NCBI RefSeq assembly: GCF_006345805.1
Contig: NC_043004.1
Location: forward strand, 18,476,001 to 18,540,000
DNA from: Octopus sinensis
Taxonomy: Eukaryota
Direction: 5' to 3'
DNA length: 64,000 nucleotides
The position numbers and the translations under genes are program-made. Positions 62,173 through 64,000 of the stretch are shown here, piece after piece. The notes under the pieces are model-generated. The model was not told the origin of the DNA, made no database searches, and saw only the letters and a list, made by a program, of their open reading frames with translations. How positions within the stretch are numbered: the first letter of the stretch is position 1; the number at the start of each line of letters is the position of its first letter.

Positions 62173-64000
62173 ATATGCGTGTGTGTGTGTGTGTGTGTGC
62201 ACGTGTGTGCACGTGTGTGCACGTGTATGTGTGTGTGTATATATGTGTGTGCACGCACGCGCGTGTACGTATTCGGCCTTAGCATTGTGTCTGATTTAGG
62301 AAGCAAAATGTTTGTGGTTATGTGTAACTATATGAACAATGGCTTATCAGGAATTAATACAAAATGATGCTATATTTCAAAACGAAACTCTCTGATATGC
62401 TGAATAGAGACATTCAAAGTTGTAGATAATACAGAAATACATTCGCAAAAAACATGAACACACACACGCACACACACTCACACACATACAAACACACAGA
62501 CACACAGACACACAGACACACAGACACACACACAGACACACACACACATACACACACAGACACACATACACACACACACACACACACAGATATAGGTACA
62601 ATAATGCAACAATCGTTGCAGCTGTTTTGGATGAAGTCTAACGGATGTTGAGTTTGCAGATATCTGAAGAAGAAAAAGTAAGCATAAATGTCCTCTCTAT
62701 TCCAATATGCATGATAAAAGACGTGGGTGTGGATAAATGAGAAGAGGAACGAATTCTGTAAAGATAACAAAAAGCCATTCATACTCAGGAAACATCTAAA
62801 TCAAATAGCAGAAATATAAATCGATGAATTCCAAATGATATTCTTGTTTTTCTTTTATCTGTACAGTTCGTTAAATGTCTGAGAAATAGTGAAAATATTT
62901 GATGCAACAGTTAAATTGCTTCTTTTTACAAAGGAAACATCTTAACTGTATTTGAAACGTTATGGGTTTTCATTTATACAAGCTCCTACAGGAGAACTCT
63001 CAGAACTCACGTTCAATACCTTTCATATTGTGTTTTATTAAGGCTATGTTCGTGTTGCCATTGGCATGACACAAAAGTGTAAAGTAATGTAGAGGATATG
63101 TGAGAACGCACTGTCAATGTAGAGTTCATACAACGAATGAAGAAGCCATTTAAATCATGTTTCGAGGTAAGTGCTTCATTTCATATAGGTTTCGGATACT
63201 AAACAAAAGTTTTGAAACTTGGCTTTCTTGGAGACCTTGTCTATGAATGAGCCCAAAATCAAACTCGCTAGACGGTCTTATTTTCTGGAAGTAGAAACAG
63301 CAGAACCACATTTATATAAATTATCTATTTATAGCTTTTGACACGGATGTATAAGATTATTAACATCCTATTTTTCTGCTTGAGTCTATTCCTTTAACAT
63401 TAGTTACACGTCAAGTACTATATTTTTTAATATATGTTAACACTGATTAACATGTAATTTCTCCTCTACAACAATATTATTATACAATATCTAGTGAAGA
63501 TTTACAAAGTCTTAAATAAACTTGCTATATTTCATATGAATAACTTTACACGATTTCTCTATGCATATATTATTATGCTATGTAATTATTTGAAGAGTTA
63601 GCAGCATATAGAAGAGTTAGTTGTATTATGTCACCACCGGTGCTAGGGTATATCTTAAAACCAAGATTCTTAAACTTCAGAGTTTTGGCCCACCTGCAAT
63701 ACATAAGCATTTAAAATTGGTATAAAGTTACAACTGTATACTGCAGATGCACATTAAATTAACAAATTTGTGTGTTTAAAAGAAATGCCTTCCTAGAAAC
63801 TAGTGCCCCATCCTGACAGAGATTAGTCTCATCTGTTTTCCACCATAAACTTCTATGCTAGCTTATTATGTGTTATGAGCTAGGGGTCATCGAATATAAA
63901 TATTTGGCAAATGAAATTGACAACAAAAAATGCATAGATGTAACAGTACAGCCAAATGTCCCCCAAATCACGCAGTCCTTAAATAAAAGAACACATTTAA

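Noticed and set aside
56489-64000. Search for the signal-peptide exon (minus-strand donors near 59840 and 63010)
   Set aside because: Frames upstream of these donors contain stops or lack a hydrophobic leader.

Overview
AT-rich, microsatellite- and transposon-dense eukaryotic (animal) genomic DNA. The SINE, mariner and LINE families look like those of an octopus/coleoid cephalopod, which is an inference from memory of repeat families, not a database result. The window lies entirely inside one minus-strand gene, a secretin-family (class B1) GPCR most like invertebrate parathyroid-hormone-receptor-like proteins. I reconstructed seven phase-compatible GT-AG exons by hand (56488-56389, 31741-31631, 26445-26318, 23743-23649, 21861-21693, 17334-17178, 9029-8969; 821 nt). 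They cover the six-cysteine hormone-binding domain through TM4/ECL2. The signal-peptide exon and the TM5-TM7/C-tail exons were not found and probably lie outside the window. The introns hold a truncated Gypsy element, four mariner and two other Tc1/mariner-superfamily elements, L1/Tx1-, RTE-, CR1- and R4/RLE-type LINE remnants, two non-autonomous Helitrons, GGAT-ended MITEs, three tRNA-derived SINE families and many microsatellites. The most interesting unexplained structure is: (1) several dispersed motifs with the architecture of minimal, dimer-type hammerhead ribozymes, all carrying lesions; (2) long near-perfect intronic hairpins; (3) a three-layer mariner>LINE>MITE nest with a visible TSD; (4) a Merlin-like foldback with a triplicated left end; (5) retroelements bounded on both sides by the same microsatellite.
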